In this document: in pieces, positions 18,409 to 27,472 of the stretch
Position numbering within the stretch: the first letter of the stretch is position 1
Layout of the letters: the number at the start of each line of letters is the position of its first letter
Assembly: GCA_963775425.1 (NCBI GenBank)
Contig: CAVZJB010000016.1
Coordinates: 928,001 to 992,000 of the forward strand
Reading direction: 5' to 3'
DNA length: 64,000 nt
Source of the DNA: an uncultured delta proteobacterium
GTDB taxonomy: Bacteria > Myxococcota > UBA727 > VGSZ01
The notes under the pieces: model-generated
Told to the model about the DNA's origin: nothing
Databases searched by the model: none
The model's input: only the letters and a program-made list of their open reading frames with translations
Translations under genes and position numbers: made by a program

Positions 18409-19775
18409 ATGGCGAACCTGATGGACCTCGTGCGGGAGCTGAAAGGGCTCAACGCGCGCAAGAAGGCAGGCGAAGTGCTCTCGGCGCTGGACGAGACCCG
18501 TCGCAAGGAGCTGAAGGCGTACCTGCGCACGACGCTGGAGTCGCAGGGGAGCGGCGGGAGCTCGCTCGAGGACTCCGCCATCCGCGAGCCCCCGTCCCGC
18601 TCGTCGAGCGGCCCCAAGGCCGTGCCGCTCGGGCGGCCGCCCGCGGGCTCGAGCGCGCCCAAGCCGGTGCCGCAGCCGCGCGACCCGCAGACCAAGGCCG
18701 CGCCGCGGCCGGTGTCGACGCCGACCGGGGCCGGCCTCGACGACCCGCTGCCGCCGCTGCCGGCGAAGAAACCGCCGACGTCGGGTGGAAAGCCGCGCGC
18801 GGAGCCCCTCGACGAGGACATCCCGCCCCCCGGCCGCGCCGAGCCGCTCGACGAGGACCTGCCGCCTGCGGGTGCGGCGCCCAGGCCGTTCGTCCCCAAG
18901 AAGAACCCGTTCGCCATCGACGCCGGCGCGCTCATCGACGCCGCCGCGAATTCGGAGGCGGTGGCCAAGGTCGATCCGTTCGCGAACCGCAAGGCCCACG
19001 CGTCGGCGGCCGAGGTCGAGGACGCCGAGGCCCGCGCCGACGCCGCCATCCGCGCCAACAAGAAGAAGGTCCGCGCCAAGGACGCCGACGAGGCCGCGGA
19101 GCAACTGCAGCAGACCGAGGCCACGTACACGCCGCCCGAGGACAGCTTCGTCCTCGAGCAGTACTACGGCGACTTCATGAGCGACGGCTACGTGCCGCTC
19201 GACCCCGCCGAGGCCGGCGACCTCAAGCCCATCGATCCGCGCGAGATGGAGCTCGCCAAGCTCGACATCGCCGGCGGCCCCGGCGGCGGAAGCACGAGCG
19301 CCGCGGTCCCCGCCGGCCTCGCCTTCCTCGACGACTTCGCCGTGCTCTACGCGCGGCGCGTGCTGCCGTCCGCCGACGACGAGGTCGTCGTCGACAGCAC
19401 CGATCCGGACCTGCTCATCCCCGGCAAGCGCCGCGTGACGGTGCACCTCCTCAACGGCGAGAAGAAGCAGGGCGCCATCCGCTCCCTCCGCCGCGGTGAG
19501 CTCGGCTTCCGCCTCGAGCCCCTCGGCTCGGGGCACCCCGAAGAGGTGTCCATCGCGCAGGTGAAGGCGGTGTTCATCCACCTGCAGGCGAACGCGGCGC
19601 CGCGCGAAGCTGCCGGCCGCCCCGTGACCGCCACCTTCCGCGACGGCCGCTCGGTGCAGGGCACCTCGGACGACTATCAGCCCGGCGCGCCGATGTTCAC
19701 GCTCGTCCCGCCGCAGGGCCGGGGCAATTCGAGCGGATCATCGTGAACGGCGCCGCCCTGAAGAGCGTGCGCTGA
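18409..19775 (+). CDS. Pro-rich hypothetical protein with two C-terminal beta-rich repeats (DUF6982-like, from memory); probable 1-nt deletion at ~19722
   Basis: RVTVHLLNGEKKQG...VKAVF and VTATFRDGRSVQGTSDDYQPG..MFTLVP; the natural continuation QFERIIVNGAALKSVR* lies in the shifted frame and ends at 19775. Confidence 0.7.
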
Positions 19776-19787
19776 GCTCGACGGGAG

Positions 19788-21104
19788 CTACGCGTCGGGA
19801 GGCTTGCTGCCGTCGCCGTTGCCGTTGCCGTTCCCGTTGCCGTTGCCGTCCTCGTCGCCGTCCGCCTTCTCGCCGGGGATGGCGTCGTCGTGCCAGGCGC
19901 CGTCGACGGTGAAGTTGCGCTTGTACCAGGAACGCACGTCTCCCCAGGCTTTGGAGATCGGGTCCTGGCTCTCGCCGCCCGCGGCCTTGCGCGCGGCCTC
20001 CTCGGCCTCCGGGCCTGACGGCTCCTCGATGAGCTGCGCCCCGCACGAGGAGCAGACCATCGCGCCCACCTTGTTCTCGGCGCCGCAGCTCGGGCACGCC
20101 TTGGTCGCGACGAGCGCGCGCACCTTGTAGTCACCGTCGAGGACCTCGAGGTAGTTCCCCGTCGTCACCCAGTCGAGGATCTCCTTGGTGCGCCAGATGG
20201 GGAACGGCTGCTGGCGGAAGATGGTCTGGAAGATGGTGATGTAGCGCCCGAGCGGGCCCTCGTCCTGCATCTTGCCGAAGCTGTCGGCCTGGTCCACGAA
20301 GGCGTCGACCGACAGCTCGCCCGAGAAGCGCCGCGTGCCGCCCGACATCTTCATCAGCGTGCGCATCACGATGTTCGGGTTCTTCATCACCAGCAGCGCC
20401 GCGCGATCCGACGACAGCTCGCTCGCGCGATCCCAGCGCAAGAGCGCCATCTGGATCGGGTAGACGACGAGCGACCCGATGCCGAGCGTCATCTGGATGA
20501 TGGTGGACGCCATGTAGCCGAACACCTGCGCCGCCGTCTTGAAGAGCACGTGGTCGGCGTGGACGTGGCCGAGCTGTTGGGCGAGGACCACCTCGATCTC
20601 GTCGTCGTCGAGGAGCTCCAGGCAGCCGGTGCTGATGGCGACGAGGAAGTGGTCCACCCCCAGCGTCTTCGCCTCGGGGATGGGGTTTTGGTAGACGTAG
20701 AGCTCGGGGAGCTCCTTGATGCCGAGGCAGCCGGCGGCGTGCTCGAAGCGCGCGTACAGCGAGGGCATCTGCTCCTTGGACACCCGGACGAAGTTCGCGT
20801 GGTGGTTCAGCCGGAGCGCGAGCTCGAAGCTGTGCCGGATCAGGCTCCGCAAGAGGGTGGAGACGCCCGGGATGCGCTTGAGCGCCTCGAGCGTCTCCCG
20901 GTCGAGCGGGTGGATGTAGCTGTCGGGGTCGAGGTCATCGAACGTGCGATCGAAGGCCCGCAGCAGCGGCTTGTCGCACTTGCCGCACACCGGCGACGCC
21001 TTCAGCGACAGGACCTTTTCACGGGGCAGGCGGTTGGTGGCGCCGCATTCGCCACACGTGAACTCGACGGCGTCGACTCGGGTCATGCTGACCACCGTAT
21101 CCAC
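19788..21104 (-). CDS. M48 (Ste24/HtpX-like) peptidase homologue with degenerate active site and N- and C-terminal zinc ribbons
   Basis: HPLDRETLEALKRIPG, PELYVYQNP, LLDDDEIEVVLAQQLGH and RASELSSDRAA; CxxC pairs at both ends. Confidence 0.85.
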   Translation of the reverse strand: MDTVVSMTRVDAVEFTCGECGATNRLPREKVLSLKASPVCGKCDKPLLRAFDRTFDDLDPDSYIHPLDRETLEALKRIPGVSTLLRSLIRHSFELALRLNHHANFVRVSKEQMPSLYARFEHAAGCLGIKELPELYVYQNPIPEAKTLGVDHFLVAISTGCLELLDDDEIEVVLAQQLGHVHADHVLFKTAAQVFGYMASTIIQMTLGIGSLVVYPIQMALLRWDRASELSSDRAALLVMKNPNIVMRTLMKMSGGTRRFSGELSVDAFVDQADSFGKMQDEGPLGRYITIFQTIFRQQPFPIWRTKEILDWVTTGNYLEVLDGDYKVRALVATKACPSCGAENKVGAMVCSSCGAQLIEEPSGPEAEEAARKAAGGESQDPISKAWGDVRSWYKRNFTVDGAWHDDAIPGEKADGDEDGNGNGNGNGNGDGSKPPDA

Positions 21105-21137
21105 GCCGTCGAGCCGGGCAAGGCCCGTCGACCGCCG

Positions 21138-21788
21138 TCACTGGCCGTCGACGATGTCCTTGCATTCCTGGCTTTGATCCTGTTGGAGGACGCCGGCGGC
21201 GCGCTGGAAGACGACGGCGAAGTCCTTGGACTCCGTGTGCAGCTCCTTGTCGCCGCTGGTGGCGTTCGGGCGATTCTCCTCGAACGTGACGCGCAGGTTG
21301 CCCGTGAGCTGATCGCTGCCGTTTTCGATGGCGACGTCGAGCGCGTACTCGACCTTGGCGTCGGTGGCGCCCTCCACCGAGGGCAGCGCCGCCATGCCGG
21401 GGGCGCTGACGGAGACCTTCGACGAAGCGCCGAAGTCGTCGGAGATGTTCTGACCACCGACGAGATCGCGCGCGACGGGGTCGTTGCCCACGCCGAAGTC
21501 GAGCGCGGCGGCGACGGCAGACTTGTCGTCGTCATTGGCCAGGCGGTCGATGAAAGCCTGCTCCCCGTCGTAGAGCGCGCCACGGGTGAAGGCGAGCTTG
21601 ACGTCGGTCTTGTCGGACTCGTTTTCCGCGGTGAGCGAGCCGGCGGCGACGCCGTCGGGGCGCACCTCCGAATAGTCCCCGCTGACGTCGAGGGCGCAGG
21701 CGCGGCGCGCCTGCTTTTCCTGTTCGGAGACACACCCGGTCCCGGCGGCGAGTGACAGAATGAAAGCGATGATCCCAACGTTCTTCAT
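21138..21788 (-). CDS. Putative lipoprotein of unknown function
   Basis: MKNVGIIAFILSLAAGTGC lipobox-like signal; GGAGG ribosome-binding site. Confidence 0.75.
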   Translation of the reverse strand: MKNVGIIAFILSLAAGTGCVSEQEKQARRACALDVSGDYSEVRPDGVAAGSLTAENESDKTDVKLAFTRGALYDGEQAFIDRLANDDDKSAVAAALDFGVGNDPVARDLVGGQNISDDFGASSKVSVSAPGMAALPSVEGATDAKVEYALDVAIENGSDQLTGNLRVTFEENRPNATSGDKELHTESKDFAVVFQRAAGVLQQDQSQECKDIVDGQ

Positions 21789-21935
21789 GTGATTCCTCCC
21801 TGCGAGCCGGGCGGGGAAGCAACGCTGGTGCCAGCATGCACCGCCGCGTATCGACGCGCCCTCACGTTGACAGCGAGGCCCGAGGCATGACACTCCCGTC
21901 GTGCGGCGCATCACGCGCTTGAGAGGTTGCCACGC

Positions 21936-22568
21936 ATGCGCACGGTTCTGTTGTCGTTCGGGCTTCTGTTTGCGTTCGCCTGCACGCCGAAGGCCGCCAC
22001 CGTCGAGGTCAGCCCGAAGGACGTCGTGATCAAGAACGAGGCGGACGTGAAGCCCCTCACCGCGATCGCGAAGGACAAGGACGGAAAGCAGATCGACCTC
22101 GGCGACAAGAAGCCCGTCTGGACCTCCAGCGATCCCGCCGTCGCGGTCGTCGACGCCGACGGCAAGGTGAAGCCGGCGGGGTCCGGCACGGCCACCATCA
22201 GCGCCAAGATCGACGAAGCGACGGGCACCACCTCGGTGACCGTCAAGCTGCTGAAGGGCATCAAGCTCGAGTCGCCGGCGGTGGTCGTGAAGGTCGGCGC
22301 GCCGCAGCCGCCCCTCAAGGTGGCCTTCACCAATGAAAAGGGCGAGATCATCGACGTGAAGGACGCGAAGGTCGAGTGGAAGACCGCGGACCCGAACATC
22401 GCGACGGTCGGCCCCGACGGCACCATCAGCGGCGTCAACCCCGGCTCCACCACCGTCACCTGTCGCGTCAGTGGCCTCTCCGCCGACGTCGCGGTGACGG
22501 TGAACCCGTCCGAGGACGCCGCCGCTCCCGACGCCGGCCCCGCCGAGGCGCCGCCGGCGCCCAAGTAG
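21936..22568 (+). CDS. Lipoprotein with two bacterial Ig-like (group 2) domains
   Basis: LLFAFAC lipobox; VWTSSDPAVAVVDADGKV and VEWKTADPNIATVGPDGTI. Confidence 0.88.
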   Translation: MRTVLLSFGLLFAFACTPKAATVEVSPKDVVIKNEADVKPLTAIAKDKDGKQIDLGDKKPVWTSSDPAVAVVDADGKVKPAGSGTATISAKIDEATGTTSVTVKLLKGIKLESPAVVVKVGAPQPPLKVAFTNEKGEIIDVKDAKVEWKTADPNIATVGPDGTISGVNPGSTTVTCRVSGLSADVAVTVNPSEDAAAPDAGPAEAPPAPK

Positions 22569-22588
22569 GGCGGGGGCTTGTCCCCCGC
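22565..22588 (+). repeat. Single GTAG REP copy identical to 3472-3495
   Basis: GTAGGGCGGGGGCTTGTCCCCCGC; its TAG is the stop codon of the upstream gene. Confidence 0.75.
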
Positions 22589-23738
22589 TCCCCCAACGCG
22601 GGTCGAGGCACAGGAGCGCGTCGAGGCCGCTCTCGCGCGAGCGCACGAGGACGCCGCCAGACCCGCGGCCGCCGCCGCCGACGGCGCCCGCAGGGCGCGC
22701 ACGCTGGCCGTCGGGGATCCGCAAGCGCCGCTGGAGACGTTCCTGTCGGTGCTGGCCGCCCATGACGCCCTCGGCGACGACGGCAGGCTGCGCGCGGACA
22801 CCGCGCTCATCTCCGCCGGCGACCACTTCGACTGGGGCACGCGCGCCGAGCGCGCCCGTGCGGCCGAGGACGGCACGGCGCTGCTGGCGTGGCTGGCGGC
22901 GCACCCCGCCGACCAGGTGGTGATCCTCCTCGGCAACCATGACCTCGCCAGGGTCGGCGAGCTGAGCGGCGTCGACGACGCGGCGTTCGTTCGCGCGCAG
23001 GCCGTCGCCGACGGCATCGACAAGACCGACGTCGAAGGGAACGCGGCGTTTCGCGCCGAGCACGGCTTCTTTTCGGCGGAGGTCGTCAACCGGGACTTCT
23101 GCTCGTTCCGCACCGCGCAGCGCGACCTCGTCGAGATGCTGCTGCGCGCGCGGCGCCTGAAGCTCGCTCACGCGCGCGGCGACATGCTGTTCGTGCACGC
23201 GGGCATCACGCTCCGCGAGATCGACGCGGTGGGCATCGACCTGCCGACGCCGGCGACGATCGCCGACGCGTTGAACTACGCCCTCGACGAGGCCGTCGAG
23301 CGGCGCGCCGCCGGACCCTTGATCATCGACGGCGTGCACCAACCCGGCGACGCGCAGCGCGAGGGCTTCGGCGCCCTGTACCACCGCCCTGCACAGGGGA
23401 TCACCGAGGAGCAGAAGCGCGAGGGGCGCCGCTTCGATCCGCGGGCGTTGCCGCGGGGGATCGTCCAGGTCATCGGGCACATCCGCGACAAGAAGTGCCG
23501 CGACCTGCTCGGCGATTGGTGTGACGACGGCGCGCACGCGCTCGGTGTGCTGCGGCACATGTCCGTCGACGACGCCGGCGGCGTCCGCTACGCCCGGGGC
23601 CTGCCCGAGCGGTTCGATCCCCGCGCCGCGCACGTCGTCTTCCTCGACGGCGGCATGAACGACATGCGTGACCGCCCCGAGGCCTACGAGGTCCTCGACG
23701 TCGAGCGCCGCGCGGCGGCCGACCTGCGACGCGGCTGA
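22578..23738 (+). CDS. Calcineurin-like metallophosphoesterase (start uncertain)
   Basis: VGDPQ, GDHFD, LGNHD, FVHAG and VIGH motifs. Confidence 0.85.
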   Translation: MSPAPPTRVEAQERVEAALARAHEDAARPAAAAADGARRARTLAVGDPQAPLETFLSVLAAHDALGDDGRLRADTALISAGDHFDWGTRAERARAAEDGTALLAWLAAHPADQVVILLGNHDLARVGELSGVDDAAFVRAQAVADGIDKTDVEGNAAFRAEHGFFSAEVVNRDFCSFRTAQRDLVEMLLRARRLKLAHARGDMLFVHAGITLREIDAVGIDLPTPATIADALNYALDEAVERRAAGPLIIDGVHQPGDAQREGFGALYHRPAQGITEEQKREGRRFDPRALPRGIVQVIGHIRDKKCRDLLGDWCDDGAHALGVLRHMSVDDAGGVRYARGLPERFDPRAAHVVFLDGGMNDMRDRPEAYEVLDVERRAAADLRRG

Positions 23739-23793
23739 AGCGACGCCGTTGACGCCGGCGCCGCGTGTTGGTTTGCTGCCGCAATCCCTCCGT

Positions 23794-23880
23794 GCCGGAG
23801 TGATGGAATTGGTAGACGTGCCGGACTCAAAATCCGGTGGTGGCAACACCGTGCGGGTTCGAGTCCCGCCTCCGGCACCA
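23794..23880 (+). tRNA. tRNA-Leu (anticodon CAA)
   Basis: GCCGGAG acceptor stem pairing with CTCCGGC-ACCA, D-loop GGAATTGGTAGAC, anticodon arm CCGGA-CTCAAAA-TCCGG, long variable arm, GGTTCGAGTCC T-arm, encoded CCA. Confidence 0.97.
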
Positions 23881-24028
23881 CGCAAGCTGTCGCGGCGGGC
23901 CGCGACGCACTCACGGAGTCTCGAACAGGTGGCGGTATCGCGCGCGGCCGCGCGACCGGGGCGCGCAGCTCCTCGCGCTCGGCGACCTCACCTCGCTGAG
24001 GCGTCTGGAACGGGTGGCGATGCACCCG

Positions 24029-24367
24029 TCACGACTTGTTCAACCACTCCTCGGCCTCGGATGACGACGAGAACGCGCGCATCTCCTGCTGCGACGCGAG
24101 GCTCATCGCGGCGATCACCATGTGCCAGAGCTTCTTCTGGGTGACGACCGCGACGCGGCGGAAGCGGTCGCGGTGCTCTCGATTCCACTCGACGAACAGC
24201 GCGCGGGCGTCCGGGTCGTAGCCGGTCATCGCGCCGCAATCGACGAGCAAGGTGCCCGCCTCGGACGGCTGCGCGTCGGACGGAACGCGCTCGAGCTCCG
24301 AGGCGAGCGAGGCACGGGTGAGGTGTCCAGGGAGCGAAAGGCGAGCGGAGACGCCGGCGTTCGTCAC
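24029..24367 (-). CDS. STAS/SEC14 (SpoIIAA-like) small protein
   Basis: LLVDCGAMTGYDPDAR...RRVAVV...RAFSSSSEAEEWL pattern. Confidence 0.75.
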   Translation of the reverse strand: MTNAGVSARLSLPGHLTRASLASELERVPSDAQPSEAGTLLVDCGAMTGYDPDARALFVEWNREHRDRFRRVAVVTQKKLWHMVIAAMSLASQQEMRAFSSSSEAEEWLNKS

Positions 24368-24519
24368 CCGGCCAGTCTACGCGACCGCGCGGGCGGTCGA
24401 CGATGTGGGTCGCGCCGAGCACGGAGAAAACAAGCTGAGCTGACTGCTTGAAAGCGCGCATCAGCCCAACGTCGGAGCCGCGGGTCACGCGCGTTGCGAG
24501 CGCGTTTTCCCTCTCGTAC

Positions 24520-25590
24520 GTGCAGCGCGTGCTTCGCTCCTCGCTCCCCGTCGTCGTCGGCATCGCGATGTGCGCGTGTGCGCCTCCGCCCGACCAGGCG
24601 CGCGACCAGGCCGACGGCGGGGCGCCGATCGACGCGATCGACGCGAGTGACGGCGGCGGCGACGCCCACGACGACGACGACGACGGCGCGCCCGACACGG
24701 ATCCCGTCGACGACGGCGACGCCGGCGCGCCCGACACGGATCCCGTCGACGCCGGCGCCGACGGCGGCGGCGAGAGCGGCACCGTCGACGCCGGCAGCAG
24801 CGGCGCGCCGATCGACGAGGTCGACTGCGGGACGTTCCCCGCCGTCAGCGACGTCACGCAAAGCGGGCCGTTCGCGTTCACGAGCGAGGACGACGGGCCC
24901 AACTGTACCATCGTCCACCCCACCAACCTCGGCGACGGCGGCGTGCGCCACCCGGTGATCCTCTGGGGCAACGGGACCGACGCGCCGGTGTCGCTCTACA
25001 AGCCGGCGTTCGAATATTGGGCCTCGTACGGGTTCATCGTGGCCGCCGCCGACGTCGTGGACGGACAGGGATTGGGGCAACCGCAGCTCGCGTGCCTCGA
25101 CTGGGTCCTCGCGCAGAACCACACCGCCGGCAGCCCCTTCGAGGACAAGGTGTGTCCGCGGGTGGCCGCCACCGGGCACTCGCAGGGCGGCGCCGGCGCC
25201 ATCATGGCCGGGACCGATCCGCGCGTCGCCGTCACGGCGCCGCTCATGGCGTACACGCAGCAGGACTGGGGCGGCTTCGACACGGCGTCGATCACGACGC
25301 AGGTGGCGTCACCGATGCTCCTTTTGTCGGGCACCCTCGACAACAACGCCACCCCTTCCATCTACCAACAGCCCGTGTTCGACACGACGAACGTCCCGGT
25401 GTTCTGGGGGAACCTCATCGGCGCCGACCACTACACCGCCGCGCTCGGCCTCACCAAGTACCGCGCCCCGATGCTCGAGTGGTTCCGCTTGCACCTCATG
25501 GACGACGAGAGCTTCCGTGGCGTCTTCTACGGCGACGACTGCTCCCTGTGCGGCGACAACCACTGGATCGTCCAGCGCCACGGCTTGTGA
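24520..25590 (+). CDS. Lipid-anchored cutinase/polyesterase-like alpha/beta hydrolase
   Basis: Signal ending AMCAC, acidic linker, then GGVRHPVILWGNGT, WASYGFIVAAA, GHSQGG, LSGTLD, NVPVFWG, WFRLHLMDD and CSLC. Confidence 0.88.
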   Translation: MQRVLRSSLPVVVGIAMCACAPPPDQARDQADGGAPIDAIDASDGGGDAHDDDDDGAPDTDPVDDGDAGAPDTDPVDAGADGGGESGTVDAGSSGAPIDEVDCGTFPAVSDVTQSGPFAFTSEDDGPNCTIVHPTNLGDGGVRHPVILWGNGTDAPVSLYKPAFEYWASYGFIVAAADVVDGQGLGQPQLACLDWVLAQNHTAGSPFEDKVCPRVAATGHSQGGAGAIMAGTDPRVAVTAPLMAYTQQDWGGFDTASITTQVASPMLLLSGTLDNNATPSIYQQPVFDTTNVPVFWGNLIGADHYTAALGLTKYRAPMLEWFRLHLMDDESFRGVFYGDDCSLCGDNHWIVQRHGL

Positions 25591-25627
25591 CCGGCGCCCG
25601 CCGCGCCGCTTTGTTAGCCTTCGCGCG

Positions 25628-26182
25628 ATGCGCAAACTCTTTCCTTTCGTCGCCGGCGTCGTCGCCCTCGCCGCGTCCTGCGATCCGCTGCCCGCCGCCC
25701 ATGCGCAGCCGCCGCCCGCCAGGCCCGCCGCCGCGAAGCCCGCCGTCGCGAAGCCCATCGACACACGAACGGCGCTGCCGCTGTTGCCGATGATGGCCGC
25801 GCACCAGCGCGCGAGCATGCGCGATCACCTGCTCGCGGTGCAGGAGATCACGGCCGCGCTCAGCGAGGCGGACTTCGACGGCGTGGCCAAGGCCGCCAAG
25901 CGGCTCGGGTCGTCCGACGAGATGCAGCAGCAGTGCACGCACATGGGCGCGGCCGCGCCGGGGTTCACCGAGCGTGCGCTCGAGTTCCACCGCACCGCCG
26001 ACGGCATCGGCCTCGCCGCCACGCACAAAAACCCCGAGGAGACGCTGCGCGCGCTCAGCAACACGCTCGCGAGGTGCACGAGCTGCCACCAGACGTATCG
26101 TCAGGAGATCGTCGACGACAAGACCTGGTCGCAGCTCACGGGAACCCCGCCGCCGGCGATGCATCACCACGGCTCGCCCTGA
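25628..26182 (+). CDS. Lipoprotein cytochrome c (helical, cytochrome c'-like, C-terminal CxxCH)
   Basis: LAASC lipobox; CTSCHQTYR near the C-terminus; MHHH tail. Confidence 0.8.
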   Translation: MRKLFPFVAGVVALAASCDPLPAAHAQPPPARPAAAKPAVAKPIDTRTALPLLPMMAAHQRASMRDHLLAVQEITAALSEADFDGVAKAAKRLGSSDEMQQQCTHMGAAAPGFTERALEFHRTADGIGLAATHKNPEETLRALSNTLARCTSCHQTYRQEIVDDKTWSQLTGTPPPAMHHHGSP

Positions 26183-26237
26183 GCGCGCGCCGGCGCCGAG
26201 CACCGCGGTGCACGCGCGACGAAAGAGCGCGGCGCGC

Positions 26238-27188
26238 TCAGTCGGCGCCCTCGTCGAGGCCGACCTCCGGCGGCGTCAGCGGTGACGTGCGGTTGGCGTC
26301 CGTGGCGCGGACGCGCGCGACCTCCGCGGCGCTGACGGCGCCCGCGCCGTTGCCGAACGACGCGCGCACGAAGGTGAGGACCTTCGCGAGCGCCTCGTCG
26401 TCGAGCTGCGCGCCCGCCGCCGGCATGACGCCGGTGTAGCGCTCGCCCTCCATCCGGATGGAGCCCTGCAGGCCGTGGAGCGTGACGCGCGTGAGCACGG
26501 CGGGATCCCCGGCGACGACGGCGCTGTTCGCGAGCGGCGGAAACGCGCCCGGGACGCCCCTGCCCCGCGCGCCGTGGCAGGCGGCGCAGGAGCGCTCGTA
26601 CTGCTGCGCGCCGCTGAGCGCGCCCGACGGCCCGGGCTCGGACGAAATCGACGCGGCCATCTGCGCGTGGCGCTCGGCCATCGCCCGGTGCCACGCCGCG
26701 TCGGGGCCGCTGGCCGCCTGCTCCTCGTGCCACTTCGCCATCTCGGCGTGCCACTCGCGCATCATGCCGCTCATCATCGGCGTGCCGCCCCGCATCATGC
26801 CGCGGCCGTGCATGCCCATCATCCCGCGGCCGCCGGGGCCGCTCGTGCCCGCGCCGGTCCGCATGCCGGGCCCGCGGCCGGGCATCATGCCGCCGACCGT
26901 GCGCATCTGGCTCGCCATCATGCGCCCCCGCCAGCCGAAGCCGGCCGGCGCCGCCTGGTACGCCCTCGCGAGCGCGTCGTAGCGGACAGCCCCCGGCGCG
27001 CTCGACGCCGTGGGGGGCGCGGCCGGCGCCGGGGACGCCGTCGTCGGCGTCGGTGTCGGCGTCGGTGTCGGCGTCGGTGTCGGCGTCGGTGTCGGCGCCG
27101 GCGCCGGCGTGTCCGCGCGGGATGTGCCGTCCTGGCACGCGATGGCGACGACAACTGCCGCGGCGAAGAAGAGCGTTCGCGCTTTCAT
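26238..27188 (-). CDS. Lipoprotein class I cytochrome c with a Met/Gly/His-rich segment
   Basis: VAIAC lipobox, PT repeat, GMMGMHGRGMM segment, CAACHG..G.GVPGAFPPLA, GVMPA and LTFVRASFGN. Confidence 0.85.
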   Translation of the reverse strand: MKARTLFFAAAVVVAIACQDGTSRADTPAPAPTPTPTPTPTPTPTPTPTTASPAPAAPPTASSAPGAVRYDALARAYQAAPAGFGWRGRMMASQMRTVGGMMPGRGPGMRTGAGTSGPGGRGMMGMHGRGMMRGGTPMMSGMMREWHAEMAKWHEEQAASGPDAAWHRAMAERHAQMAASISSEPGPSGALSGAQQYERSCAACHGARGRGVPGAFPPLANSAVVAGDPAVLTRVTLHGLQGSIRMEGERYTGVMPAAGAQLDDEALAKVLTFVRASFGNGAGAVSAAEVARVRATDANRTSPLTPPEVGLDEGAD

Positions 27189-27472
27189 GGGGACCTCTGC
27201 CGCGCGAAGGCGCGCGCTCCCTCGTCGCTGCAATGACGCGGCCAGACGAGCGCGGGCGCCTCCAGCGGGTCCGGCGCGGTGCTGCGACCCGTCGGTCCCG
27301 ATGCGGCACCATCTCACACGAGGCACTGGGTGAGAGCGCCCGCACCCGCGCCTCCCAAGGCTCGCCCGCAGCGTCACCACGTCGACGGCGCGGCCCACCG
27401 GGGCCGGGCACGCGCGTTGCTCGACGCCGCATGCGGCCCCCATCGCGGGGCACCGCTCGAACGGAGCGCGCC

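Noticed and set aside
22700-22725. Metallophosphoesterase motif I reads DPQ instead of DxH, suggesting a pseudo-enzyme
   Set aside because: The other four metal-binding motifs are intact and D-x-Q variants occur in active family members.
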